A stretch of DNA of 64,000 bases, from sequence record OP380604.1. One strand, written 5' to 3'. Positions within the stretch are counted from its first letter, which is position 1. Every line of letters starts with the position of its first letter. The notes under the pieces are model-generated. The model worked only from the letters and a program-made list of their open reading frames with translations, made no database searches and was not told the origin of the DNA. This document shows, one piece after another, positions 43,411 through 52,615 of this stretch. Made by a program: the position numbers and the translations under genes.

Positions 43411-45544
43411 GATTCTGGCGAGTGCAAAAGCATTCAAGATTCTGTCCAGCTCTTTGTACAAATACAAGCAACGTGCGATCATTCGTGAACTATGTTGCAA
43501 CGCCGTAGATGGCCACATCGCTCTGAAACGAACTGGCGTAGAAGTTAGCAAGACTTTCGACGTCACTCTGCCGAGCATGTTGAATCAACAATTCAGCGTC
43601 CGTGATTACGGTATTGGTCTGAGTGAGGAAGATGTTACCGGACTTTACTGCACTTACTTTGCAAGTACCAAGTCCAACAGCAACGACGAAATTGGTGGTT
43701 TCGGTCTGGGATGTAAATCTCCGTTTGCATACACTGATACTTTCACCGTTACTTCTTGGTTCGGTGGAAAGAAAATGATTTTCAGCGCATTCATGAAAAA
43801 CGGCGAGCCGAATATCATGAAAATGTATGAGGAAGATTCTTCCGAACACACTGGCGTTGAAGTTACTGTTCCCGTGTCTAACGACATGAATACTTGGGAA
43901 GCAGAAGCCAAGCGCGTATTCTGTTCGTTTGGTGAGTATCGTCCTCGTTTCATTGGCAAGCCGATCACTGTAAACTACCTTGAGTTTGACAAAGACGGTA
44001 TTTGTAAGATTGACGGCAATTACTACTCACAACACGGCAACGGTGTATTCGCTGTTATGGGTGGTGTAGTGTATCCGATTCCGGCTGAATACTGGAACAA
44101 CACCATGATTGGGTTGTATGCCGCTCGTAAGACCTATTATGTTCGCTTTGAAATTGGCGAACTGGATATGACTCCGAGCCGTGAAGAACTATCATTGGAT
44201 CCGGACACCATCGCGTCAATCAATAAGCGGATGAAACTTTTGAACAAAGTTCACGAGGTAGAGATTGACGACGCATTCAAAAAATGCAAAGATATTCGTG
44301 AGCTGCATTCACACATGATGGGAAGATTCCCAAGCGAAGTGTGGCAACGTATGATTCAAAAGCGTGTGTTTCGCAAGAAAACTATCGAGCAGTGGAAAGC
44401 ACAACTGAGTTCATATACTCGTCCTAATGCGGATGTTCCTATCGTTCGTGCGAGTGTCGGTGCGGGTACCGTTCGCAAAGTTAAACAGCGTTGGTCAAAC
44501 GGCGTAGATATTAGCTTTGGCTCAAGTTTCCGTCCGGTGATCATCAACGATCTGAAAACTGGTGCTGCCGAAGTTATGTACGGACTTGATCGTCTGAACA
44601 AATTCCGAGTTGAAGGTGCATTCGTTTTTGATGTATTCTCCAACGTAAAAGTTGACGAGAAAGATCCGAAAAGCACTACCGTTGGTAAAGCGAATCGCGA
44701 AAACATGGTAGAGTACCTGAAATATTTCCCGACTCGAATGAAAGACGGTAAAGTCATTCTGTTGTCTAAAGTACGTGCGGAAGTTCTGAAAGAAATGAAG
44801 GACAAAGGCTTTATTCAGCCTAAGAAGCGTACCGGTAAGGCAACTAACGTTGTAAAATACGAGAACGGCGTTACATCCGAAGTCCAGATGTATGTCGAAG
44901 ATATCGATGATCTGAAAGATGTTATCTGGTGTGCCCATGAATATGGATATCTCAAGATTGCAACTCCGACGATCACTACCGAGACTCTGAAAAACGGCAA
45001 GACTCGCGAAAAGTACGATAACTGGAAAACTGTTACCACGTTCAATGATCGAATCATTAAAACTTGGTCTAAACTGGAAGGTAAAACTGTTTATGTTTTC
45101 AAGTCCCAACACTGGGCACGGGCAGATAAAAACAAGAATATCGAGCAGTTTAACGAGTCCATGGTTACCGATTATGTCGTGGATCAGATGGACAAAGTCA
45201 CTATGGATCACTTCGGCGTTACTGTGAATGAGCGTTGGATCAACCGTTTGGCATCTAACCCAATCACTAAGCCGTTGACTGACGATCTGTGTGGTCATAA
45301 TGGTCAACGTAGCGATATCGGTGAATTCCTGCTGTTGGTTCGTGATTCTCGTTCCGACTTGAAAGACGCCAAACAACGCACTCTTAACGAAGTGGTATCC
45401 AAACTCGTTAAGGAAGCAACTGACCGCGCTTATGCGAAAGTTCGCGAATTTGAGAAGAATAACCCTCTGATCATTGGGTATCTCAATCAGATCTATGACC
45501 TGAAAGATGCAATCGCTAAAAACATCGTAGAAGTCGCAAAATAA
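43346..45544 (+). CDS. rIIA: RIIA protein (N-terminal GHKL/HATPase domain)
   Basis: F.ILSSSLY..K.RAIIREL..NA.D.H, VRDYGIG, STK..SN..IGGFGLG.KSPF.Y. Confidence 0.95.
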   Translation: MKIHQEQTEIYGSAADQSSGFKILASAKAFKILSSSLYKYKQRAIIRELCCNAVDGHIALKRTGVEVSKTFDVTLPSMLNQQFSVRDYGIGLSEEDVTGLYCTYFASTKSNSNDEIGGFGLGCKSPFAYTDTFTVTSWFGGKKMIFSAFMKNGEPNIMKMYEEDSSEHTGVEVTVPVSNDMNTWEAEAKRVFCSFGEYRPRFIGKPITVNYLEFDKDGICKIDGNYYSQHGNGVFAVMGGVVYPIPAEYWNNTMIGLYAARKTYYVRFEIGELDMTPSREELSLDPDTIASINKRMKLLNKVHEVEIDDAFKKCKDIRELHSHMMGRFPSEVWQRMIQKRVFRKKTIEQWKAQLSSYTRPNADVPIVRASVGAGTVRKVKQRWSNGVDISFGSSFRPVIINDLKTGAAEVMYGLDRLNKFRVEGAFVFDVFSNVKVDEKDPKSTTVGKANRENMVEYLKYFPTRMKDGKVILLSKVRAEVLKEMKDKGFIQPKKRTGKATNVVKYENGVTSEVQMYVEDIDDLKDVIWCAHEYGYLKIATPTITTETLKNGKTREKYDNWKTVTTFNDRIIKTWSKLEGKTVYVFKSQHWARADKNKNIEQFNESMVTDYVVDQMDKVTMDHFGVTVNERWINRLASNPITKPLTDDLCGHNGQRSDIGEFLLLVRDSRSDLKDAKQRTLNEVVSKLVKEATDRAYAKVREFEKNNPLIIGYLNQIYDLKDAIAKNIVEVAK

Positions 45545-45667
45545 TAGTTGACATGGCGCTATCGACATGAGACAATAGCGCCATGTTGTTGAGAAAGAGA
45601 TAATGTTTATTATGAAACCAAAAAGCGTTAAACTAATCAAACCTGACAAATGAAGGAAACTGTAAAA

Positions 45668-46984
45668 ATGGCTAAACTGACTGAACAACAAAAAGCACGT
45701 ATTCTGGCTGGCACTCTGGGTCGTGTCGTACTCGCTCGCGAACTGGGTATCAAAGAATCCGAAGCTCGCAAAATGATCGAACTCGTTAAAGCTGAGGCCG
45801 AACGAGAAGCAAAACAGAAAACCGGTGGTGTGACTGAGGCAATGCGCCAAGAAATCGTCGCTGGTAAACTGGGTCGTGTGGCTCTGTCCAAGAAACTGGG
45901 CATCAAAGAGCACGAAGCGCGTAAGATCATTGAAGCAATTCGTTCCGAAAAGCCGAAAACTGCTGATGTTCAAAAGCCTGTTGCAAAAGTCGCACCGGTT
46001 GCACCGAAAGCAGAAGTAGAGAAGAAAGAGGATCATCTGGGTGCTCGATTTCGTGAAACCGACAAGCGAGCAGACGAGCGAGACGCCAAAATCGTTGAAC
46101 TCTATTCAACCGGAGAGTACAAGTCACAAAAGACTGTTGCCGCGCTGGTTGGTTGCTCTGAAAGCACTGTTGGCGAAGTTCTGAAACGTGCTGGTGTAAA
46201 AGCTCGCCGTCCGGGGTCTCCTGCTGCTAAAGTTGAGCCGAAAGTTGAAGCTCCGAAAGAACTCAAGTGGTTCGCTTCTACCAAGTTCATCAACATCATG
46301 GCAGACGGCAAGACTTTCACCGCTGATAGCAGCCACGAAAGCTTCCGCAAGGCGCTGGATCTGTGTATCGCTGGTGATGTTCTGAAAGCTCTGGGACTGA
46401 TCAACGTTGCTAAGGGTGTTAGCTCTTATGCTGGTACCAATATCGAGATCAAAAACGATACTGTGTATTTCAAAGGCATGGAAGTTGGCAACTCTGTTGT
46501 TGAACGTATCATCCAGTCCATGCACGAAGGCAAGCCGTTCGAAAAGTGGGTACGTTTCCTTGAGAAGCTGCTGGCTAACCCGAACAAGCGAGTTGTTGGT
46601 GAACTGTTCAAGTTCCTGGAAGCAAAAGATATCGTCGTAAACGATAAAGGTGATGTTGTTGCTTACCGTCGTGTTCGTAACGACTACAAAGATTTCCACT
46701 CTGGGACTGTACTCTACAAAGTCGGCACAGAAGTCAAGATGGATCGATCTAAGTGTGACGAAAGTTCCGCAACCTGTTCTCGTGGTCTGCACCTGTGTAG
46801 CAAAGGATATCTGCCTCACTTTCACGGCGGTAGCGGGAAGATTCTGGAATGTACTGTTAGCCCAACTGACATTGTATCTATTCCGGCTGACTACGGCTCC
46901 TCTAAGATGCGTACTTGTAAGATGTTCGTTCTCCGAGAAATGACCGAAGCACAAGTAAAAGCACTGATTGGAAACAAGAACTAA
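45668..46984 (+). CDS. rIIB: RIIB protein with duplicated N-terminal HTH-like repeats
   Basis: C-terminal NP...V.ELF.FL...I...G...AY..VR.DY.D.HSG...C.RGLH domain; likely start at ATG 45668 after AAGGA (45650 is possible). Confidence 0.9.
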   Translation: MAKLTEQQKARILAGTLGRVVLARELGIKESEARKMIELVKAEAEREAKQKTGGVTEAMRQEIVAGKLGRVALSKKLGIKEHEARKIIEAIRSEKPKTADVQKPVAKVAPVAPKAEVEKKEDHLGARFRETDKRADERDAKIVELYSTGEYKSQKTVAALVGCSESTVGEVLKRAGVKARRPGSPAAKVEPKVEAPKELKWFASTKFINIMADGKTFTADSSHESFRKALDLCIAGDVLKALGLINVAKGVSSYAGTNIEIKNDTVYFKGMEVGNSVVERIIQSMHEGKPFEKWVRFLEKLLANPNKRVVGELFKFLEAKDIVVNDKGDVVAYRRVRNDYKDFHSGTVLYKVGTEVKMDRSKCDESSATCSRGLHLCSKGYLPHFHGGSGKILECTVSPTDIVSIPADYGSSKMRTCKMFVLREMTEAQVKALIGNKN

Positions 46985-46989
46985 TCACT

Positions 46990-47015
46990 AAAAGCCACCT
47001 TCGGGTGGCTTTTTT
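46990..47015 (+). terminator. Terminator (CUUCGG)
   Basis: AAAAGCCACC-TTCG-GGTGGCTTTTTT. Confidence 0.85.
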
Positions 47016-47086
47016 ATTTCCAAAATTGCTTGCTAACTAAATCCAATCCAGTATACTAAGTTCACACCAACAAGAGGTATAAAGTA

Positions 47087-47644
47087 ATGAAAAAGTTCAA
47101 TGACTGCATCGAAGTAGAATCCGGCGCTCGTGGCAAATCCGACGCGGCTTTCGTATGCTTCTACTGTGATAAAGTGCAGCCGTATATCAACTCCACGGAC
47201 CCTTCTTTCCCAGAAGACAAGAAACACGTTTGGGCTCATAAAATTCTGCTGAACGTTCGCTGGGATTCTCGCTTTGGCTTCCCCGGTGGTATGGTAGATG
47301 AAGGTGAGACTTTGATTGAAGCAGCGGTGCGTGAGTGCAAAGAAGAAATCGGATACACTGTTAATCCTGATCATCTTCTGCATCTTTGCACTCACAAGAT
47401 CCCAGAAAGCGGTATGCATTGCCACCTGTACATGTGTCGCGTTCCTGAGGAAGAGCTGTACACTATGCAGCGACTCGCTATGGATGCTTGCCATAGTCGG
47501 ATTGAAGCGTTTGGCAACGCGGTGGCTCATTTGACTCCTCCTACCGTAAAGCAAATGAAACATGCAAACTGTGCCCGTACTGTAAAAGCAGAACTCATGG
47601 AAGTATTTGATTTCCTGGGCGTTGACTATGACTGGAGCAACTGA
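47087..47644 (+). CDS. Nudix hydrolase, NUDT16-like subfamily
   Basis: Nudix box GGMVDEGETLIEAAVRECKEEIG preceded by ILLNVRWDSRFGFPGG. Confidence 0.85.
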   Translation: MKKFNDCIEVESGARGKSDAAFVCFYCDKVQPYINSTDPSFPEDKKHVWAHKILLNVRWDSRFGFPGGMVDEGETLIEAAVRECKEEIGYTVNPDHLLHLCTHKIPESGMHCHLYMCRVPEEELYTMQRLAMDACHSRIEAFGNAVAHLTPPTVKQMKHANCARTVKAELMEVFDFLGVDYDWSN

Positions 47645-47645
47645 T

Positions 47646-47861
47646 ATGAAAATCACTGTTCCACATATGTACGATCTGATCCGAGCGTCTATTCAACAAA
47701 CAAATGATAGCTATCGTTTCGGACAAGCGTTGTTCAATAATCTGCCACAAGAACTAGCAGATTCAATTCGTGGTACCGATAAAGACTTCTTTTATTGGGA
47801 CAATAAGCGTCAACAAGAGATCATTCAATACTGTTATGATCATATGACGCTTCCAAAGTAA
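47646..47861 (+). CDS. Hypothetical protein
   Basis: Start probably ATG 47646; YRFGQALFNNL small phage family. Confidence 0.6.
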   Translation: MKITVPHMYDLIRASIQQTNDSYRFGQALFNNLPQELADSIRGTDKDFFYWDNKRQQEIIQYCYDHMTLPK

Positions 47862-47871
47862 TAGGAAAGCG

Positions 47872-47933
47872 TTGGAGCGATTCTGTATGATATAGCAATA
47901 CAATGTTATAGCTATCATATGGGATCGCTCCAA
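47872..47933 (+). other. Long imperfect hairpin (candidate structured RNA)
   Basis: TTGGAGCGAT / ATCGCTCCAA outer stem continued by G-U pairs and TATGAT / ATCATA. Confidence 0.55.
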
Positions 47934-47951
47934 ATCATTTCCAAGTAGATT

Positions 47952-48087
47952 GTCGAAGACTGCGGCATAGCCGCTAGTTAATTGAGAAAGACAAAATAAA
48001 ATCTCTTATAATACTTTAATGAGAATCTATTTTGTCTTCCTTAAGGTAATCAATAAGTTAGCTCACTACGTTCGCAATCTTGCGATC
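47952..48087. repeat. Dispersed nested-palindrome element, copy C (inverted)
   Basis: Arms GTCGAAGACTGCG / CGCAATCTTGCGAT; core AAGACAAAATA...TATTTTGTCTT; the reverse complement matches copy B. Confidence 0.85.
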
Positions 48088-48191
48088 ATCGATTTCTGGA
48101 GCCGATTAGTTAATAGTCAATTCGATTGCCTATTGACACTATCATTCAACTATGTAATACTGGTACCACTTCTTAACAAAAGGTAAATGAA

Positions 48192-48704
48192 ATGAAAACT
48201 AAAATGTATATCGGTAATCTTGGTAGTCGTTATACCTACATCGGTTCACTGTTTCCGAACAAAGAGGGTATCATTGAGTTCAAGAATTGCCAAAATGAAA
48301 AAATTGGCAGTGTGAATCACGATCTGACTACTCCAGGTTTCTATCTGATTGGCGTTTCTGCTGAGTCAACTCTTACTCTTGAGATCGCTACCGTGAACCA
48401 CGTCGGTATTCAGAAACGTAAGTCCGGTTTCAAAGAAATCCTGTCTCGACTGAACAATCCTCGTACCGAACAAAACAAAGCTCTGGGAGATTTTCTGTGT
48501 AAACGTGCTACCGATATCTTCAATAATCAACGTCTGATTCGTGCTTTGCGTGAGGTTAACGCTCGCCATCGTGTATACTTCATGACTTATGCGCAAATGC
48601 GAGATCTACTGGGAATCGAAGAATACAGCGCCAAAAACAACGGACTGGCTATGATTACCGAGCTGCGCACCAAATATGAATTCTTCGGCCGTCAGAAATC
48701 CTAG
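48192..48704 (+). CDS. ndd: Nucleoid disruption protein Ndd-like
   Basis: DLTTPGFYL...HVGIQKRKSGFKEILS resembles T4 Ndd DILSKPGFYF...YVGNQRSKQGFSAVLS; syntenic between rIIB and 52. Confidence 0.7.
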   Translation: MKTKMYIGNLGSRYTYIGSLFPNKEGIIEFKNCQNEKIGSVNHDLTTPGFYLIGVSAESTLTLEIATVNHVGIQKRKSGFKEILSRLNNPRTEQNKALGDFLCKRATDIFNNQRLIRALREVNARHRVYFMTYAQMRDLLGIEEYSAKNNGLAMITELRTKYEFFGRQKS

Positions 48705-48762
48705 TGTTGACTATTTCAGGCAGTTGTGTATAATGGCATAACTGTTTGAAAAGAGGTAAAGA

Positions 48763-50079
48763 ATGCAAGTAACAAAACGTGGAATCTCAAGTCTGGTAAA
48801 CAATGAAGCTAAAGAATTTGCAATGTACACAATCGAGGAACGCGCTCTTCCGTCTATGATTGACGGGTTGAAGCCAGTTCAACGATATGTGCTCTTTAGC
48901 GTATTGAAAAACGCCGGACGTGAGTTCAAGAAAAATGCCGCGATTGCTGGTGTTATTTCTGAATACGGATACAATCACGGCGAAATGGCTGCGATGGATG
49001 CCGCTTGTTTGATGGCTTCTACTTGGAACAACAACTTCCCTGTTATTCAGGGTCGTGGTAACTTCGGTTGTCGTGCTGTTCAAGAAGGCGCCGCGGCTCG
49101 TTACATCTTCTGTAGCAAACACGAAAAATTCGAATCTATGTTCAAGGACATGGAGTTGCTGGAAGAATCTACTGCCGACGGCTCTATTCTACCGCGTTAT
49201 TATCTGCCGATTCTGCCAACTGTATTGCTTAACGGTGTTAGCGGTATCGCTACCGGCTTTGCCACAAAGATCATGCCGCATAACGTTCAAAGTGTTGCAA
49301 AATGTGTTGAACAAGTGCTAAAATCTGGCAAGTGCGACGAACCCGAGATTCAATTTCCTAAATTCTTCGGTAAGATTCTGCCGATTGAAGGTGAAACTCA
49401 GTCTTGGAAAGTAGAAGGCGATTATGAGCTTAGTGGCAAAACTAAGTTGATTATCAATGAATTGCCTCCGAAGTATGATCGTTTGAAGTACGTCACACAC
49501 CTCAACAAACTTGTTGAAACTGACAAGATTGTGGGTTATGATGAATCCAAGATGAAAGATCGAGAGTTTTGCTTTAAGGTAACACTCAAGCGTGATTTTG
49601 ATGTTAGCCACGAAAACATCATCAAGGTGTTTAAGCTATCTCAGAACGTGAGTCAATATATCCGTGTTATCGATGAAAACGGCAATTTGAAGCCGTACGA
49701 TAAGGCATCCGATCTGATTGTTGATTTCGTGAATTTTAGATTTAATGTCTTGCAAAAGCGAATCGACAATGCTATCATTGCCACACGTGAGAAACTTGAT
49801 TTCGCACAAGCAAAGGTAGATTTCATCAAGCTAGTTCTGGCTGATAAGATTGTTTTCAATCGTCAGACTCGGAAACAGGTAATCGAACAGATCAATGCTT
49901 TCGATAATCTGAAAACCTATGCAGATCAACTGGTACAAATGAATCTGTACCATATGACCGAGGACGAAGTATCCAAGCTTGAAAAGCAAGTTGTGGAGCT
50001 TCAAAAAGAACATGACTTCTGGAAGACAACTACTCCCAAGAAGCAATACCAATCTGATATTAAGGAATTTTTGAAATGA
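48763..50079 (+). CDS. 52: Type II topoisomerase medium subunit gp52
   Basis: RALPSMIDGLKPVQR, YNHGE, GRGNFG and AARY catalytic Tyr; promoter GTTGAC-17-TATAAT at 48706-48734. Confidence 0.96.
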   Translation: MQVTKRGISSLVNNEAKEFAMYTIEERALPSMIDGLKPVQRYVLFSVLKNAGREFKKNAAIAGVISEYGYNHGEMAAMDAACLMASTWNNNFPVIQGRGNFGCRAVQEGAAARYIFCSKHEKFESMFKDMELLEESTADGSILPRYYLPILPTVLLNGVSGIATGFATKIMPHNVQSVAKCVEQVLKSGKCDEPEIQFPKFFGKILPIEGETQSWKVEGDYELSGKTKLIINELPPKYDRLKYVTHLNKLVETDKIVGYDESKMKDREFCFKVTLKRDFDVSHENIIKVFKLSQNVSQYIRVIDENGNLKPYDKASDLIVDFVNFRFNVLQKRIDNAIIATREKLDFAQAKVDFIKLVLADKIVFNRQTRKQVIEQINAFDNLKTYADQLVQMNLYHMTEDEVSKLEKQVVELQKEHDFWKTTTPKKQYQSDIKEFLK

Positions 50080-50354
50080 GTATTATTGCATTTTTTCTGA
50101 AAGCCAAGAAACGTGTTACCCGTCACCTGAACGGCGACGATGAACTGAATATCGGTCCTCGTGCCCTGACTGATATTGTTGGTCAACTGGAACAAAACGT
50201 GGTAGAGCTGCGTGAGCGTCAAGCTGCCGATATTGCTCAAGTTGAACAACTGGACAAGGATATCGCTGTTATCCAGAAGCGTCAAGCTAACAAGCGTCAA
50301 GATGCAGAACGCGCCGGTCGTATCGCTGACAAGTTCGCGGAGCTACTGAAATAA
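50076..50354 (+). CDS. Coiled-coil hypothetical protein
   Basis: 92 aa, ATGA coupling. Confidence 0.65.
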   Translation: MSIIAFFLKAKKRVTRHLNGDDELNIGPRALTDIVGQLEQNVVELRERQAADIAQVEQLDKDIAVIQKRQANKRQDAERAGRIADKFAELLK

Positions 50355-50776
50355 TGTTGCTTGCCACTCGATTGAATCGTGCTATGAAACAAGAGCGAAT
50401 CGAGTGGCAATCATTGTGCCGTGGGTTTGGTGTGTTTGGCATAGTGATTGTCGCTTGTAACGTCCTCGCTATGTTCGTAGACGGTAAGACTGCTTGGGTA
50501 CTGGGATTCAAAATCTGGTGTTCGCTATTCATGTTAGCGACGTTCATCAAATCATATCAGATTGAGTCCAAACGATATCTGATTGGAAACAAGTTCAAGC
50601 ATATTCTGATTTTCGATTATCTCTGCCGTCTGTCCGACGCGAAAGAGATCTCGGATGAAGTTGCCGACAAGTTTGACAGAATGACTCCGCAGGAACGTGA
50701 AGAAATAAATAAGAAACTGAATATTCAGCTATTGCTTTCTTATTTGATTGCTGCTACAATCTTTTTATCGTTTTAA
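50354..50776 (+). CDS. Membrane protein
   Basis: Two N-terminal hydrophobic helices and a C-terminal hydrophobic segment. Confidence 0.6.
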   Translation: MLLATRLNRAMKQERIEWQSLCRGFGVFGIVIVACNVLAMFVDGKTAWVLGFKIWCSLFMLATFIKSYQIESKRYLIGNKFKHILIFDYLCRLSDAKEISDEVADKFDRMTPQEREEINKKLNIQLLLSYLIAATIFLSF

Positions 50777-50788
50777 GAGGAACAAGAA

Positions 50789-50905
50789 ATGAATAACTTT
50801 GTTGCCAAACATGCTCGTGAGTTCAACAAAGCCACCGTTATGGTTGATCGCAAGAAAGAAGCCAAACGTGGCAAAGTGAAACACAAAAACAAATTCGATT
50901 ATTGA
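50789..50905 (+). CDS. Small basic conserved phage protein (38 aa, not in ORF track)
   Basis: GAGGA and ATG; MNNFVAKHAREFNKATVMVDRKKEAKRGKVKHKNKFDY*. Confidence 0.65.
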   Translation: MNNFVAKHAREFNKATVMVDRKKEAKRGKVKHKNKFDY

Positions 50906-50925
50906 TTGGATTGTGAGGTGAAGAA

Positions 50926-51279
50926 ATGAATATGGTAAAAATGAAACGATACTATGCTTTCAGAGCGAATAAAGTCTTCGCCGTTAACTCTTATAGACTC
51001 CCGTTGCGAGTAGCGATGATTGCCGATTTCATCTTTGAACAGGATGATTTCGGCACGCTACTCAGTCAAAAGAATCGAGCTTACAAAAAAGGTCATATCT
51101 ATGAAAATATGACTGCCGTGATCCGACACCTTGAGCGACAGGGACATTATTTTAACATCGAAGACGGCATTCCTCTTGTTAGCGAAACCGAATTAGAGGG
51201 AAAGCTTTTAGATGCCGCAAATGATTATTGTAACCGGGGCTGTTGTTCAAGGGCTTGCTCCGAACTGGGAAGATTCTGA
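50926..51279 (+). CDS. Hypothetical protein
   Basis: SD GAGGTG; 117 aa. Confidence 0.6.
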   Translation: MNMVKMKRYYAFRANKVFAVNSYRLPLRVAMIADFIFEQDDFGTLLSQKNRAYKKGHIYENMTAVIRHLERQGHYFNIEDGIPLVSETELEGKLLDAANDYCNRGCCSRACSELGRF

Positions 51280-51472
51280 CGTAAAAACTACGGTTGATAT
51301 TAACCTAGAAGATTATCAAATGACTGAGGTAGAGGTAACACTTTATCGTGATCACAAGAATGTAGTAACATCAAGCCTAGTCGTGCTAAATGATGGACAC
51401 CAAATTAGATTTAAGGGTAATGCGCTTTTCAACGCCGATATTACCTTGCGCGAAGTGGGTTATGAAGTATGA
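51212..51472 (+). CDS. Hypothetical protein
   Basis: Couples to asiA by ATGA; exact start uncertain. Confidence 0.5.
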   Translation: MPQMIIVTGAVVQGLAPNWEDSDVKTTVDINLEDYQMTEVEVTLYRDHKNVVTSSLVVLNDGHQIRFKGNALFNADITLREVGYEV

Positions 51473-51762
51473 ATGCCAAATTAGAACTAATTAAGGATAT
51501 CGTTGCTACCGTTTCTCTTATCATCAAACTTGAGGTAGACGGTGAAATCCTTGACACACAACAAAATCTGATCGACTTTTTGAATGAAGCTGGGTTCCGC
51601 ACTGTTCGAGGACTAGAATTCACCAAAATGAGTTTCAGACAGATGATAGGTAGACTCACACCGGAAGAACGTATGGAAGTTCTTTCTGAGTTCTCGGCAC
51701 AAGAGCATTATGAAATGCTGAACGCAATGCTGGGTCCTCGCAGTGACGTAGACTATGCATAA
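51469..51762 (+). CDS. asiA: Anti-sigma70 factor AsiA
   Basis: DIVATVSLIIK...N.IDFLNE.G...G...T..SFR.....LT.EE aligns with T4 AsiA; last early gene before the convergent late block, as in T4. Confidence 0.85.
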   Translation: MNAKLELIKDIVATVSLIIKLEVDGEILDTQQNLIDFLNEAGFRTVRGLEFTKMSFRQMIGRLTPEERMEVLSEFSAQEHYEMLNAMLGPRSDVDYA

Positions 51763-51766
51763 AAAT

Positions 51767-51789
51767 AAAGGGAGCCAACGGCTCCCTTT
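51767..51789. terminator. Bidirectional terminator between convergent early and late blocks
   Basis: AAAGGGAGCC-AAC-GGCTCCCTTT. Confidence 0.8.
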
Positions 51790-51791
51790 TC

Positions 51792-52106
51792 TTATTTCTG
51801 ACTTTCAATAACAGCCTGCAATTTATTGATCGACACATTTAAATTATTAAGTGTCTCGTTCATCTTCTCCGTTACTTCGGTAGTCTTTTCTTGTTGCTTT
51901 TGTAGATATTCCAGTTTGGTGTCTTGAGTTACGTTAATGCTATCGCTTTGACTAACCCTTTGTTCCACTCTGTCCATTCTATCAATAACTTTGTTTATCG
52001 CTTCTTCTGCCGAGCCAATACGATATCCACCAATGAAGACTCCACCAACTACGGTGCCTATCGCGATCCAATCGCTTAGGCTTAACTTGGAAGTAATCAT
52101 ATTCAA
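51792..52106 (-). CDS. Single-TM coiled-coil lysis-cassette protein (holin- or spanin-like)
   Basis: N-terminal TM helix followed by a coiled coil; directly downstream of the endolysin, at the T4 t position. Confidence 0.5.
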   Translation of the reverse strand: MNMITSKLSLSDWIAIGTVVGGVFIGGYRIGSAEEAINKVIDRMDRVEQRVSQSDSINVTQDTKLEYLQKQQEKTTEVTEKMNETLNNLNVSINKLQAVIESQK

Positions 52107-52615
52107 AAGCCATATGGAGCATAAGACCCCAGTTTCAAAACGCTGGCAACTCGTTTGGCGCGATTTGGAGTTTGTCTAGCCCATGCACTATCAAGTGCGT
52201 TTCTATAAGCGCCGTCCCAGTCTTTCGCTTTCAAACAACGAAGCATTCCCGGGAACTTCGATACGCCAACAGCTCCCATTTGAAATACCATGTTTTCGAT
52301 TGCAGTCTGACGCACCGTATCAAGACTAACATAAACGTCAGCCAAAGTCGGTAGGCTCATGATACCGCGCTTTAAAACGGATAGATCGCGCTCGAACAAA
52401 GCAAGCACTTCCGCGCCGGTGATCTTACCGTCTTTAACTACTCTTCCAATATGGGAACTCAATTCGCGATTGATTTCTCCCATATCTTTTGTTCTTTTCT
52501 TTAGAATAAGGTGTCCGATTCCAATTGTTGGGTAACCTTCTGTATCCCAATATACAGTCTCTTTATATCCCTCATCCTGTTTTAACATCTGTGCAAGCAT
52601 TTTAGCCTCCGTCAA
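52103..52615 (-). CDS. e: T4-type lysozyme (GH24 endolysin)
   Basis: DEG...Y.DTEGYPTIGIGHLI catalytic E/D/T; NMVFQMG; S.WARQTPNRAKRV. Confidence 0.93.
   Translation of the reverse strand: MTEAKMLAQMLKQDEGYKETVYWDTEGYPTIGIGHLILKKRTKDMGEINRELSSHIGRVVKDGKITGAEVLALFERDLSVLKRGIMSLPTLADVYVSLDTVRQTAIENMVFQMGAVGVSKFPGMLRCLKAKDWDGAYRNALDSAWARQTPNRAKRVASVLKLGSYAPYGF

Noticed and set aside
44522-46036. 504-aa minus-strand ORF (also 33380-34387, 28180-29142, 40950-41720)
   Set aside because: Antisense shadows of strongly codon-biased genes (rIIA/rIIB, uvsX, 44, 39); no SD, promoter or recognisable motif.
47020-47060. Possible MotA box (TTGCTT) upstream of the Nudix gene
   Set aside because: Single degenerate instance, and no MotA gene seen in the window.
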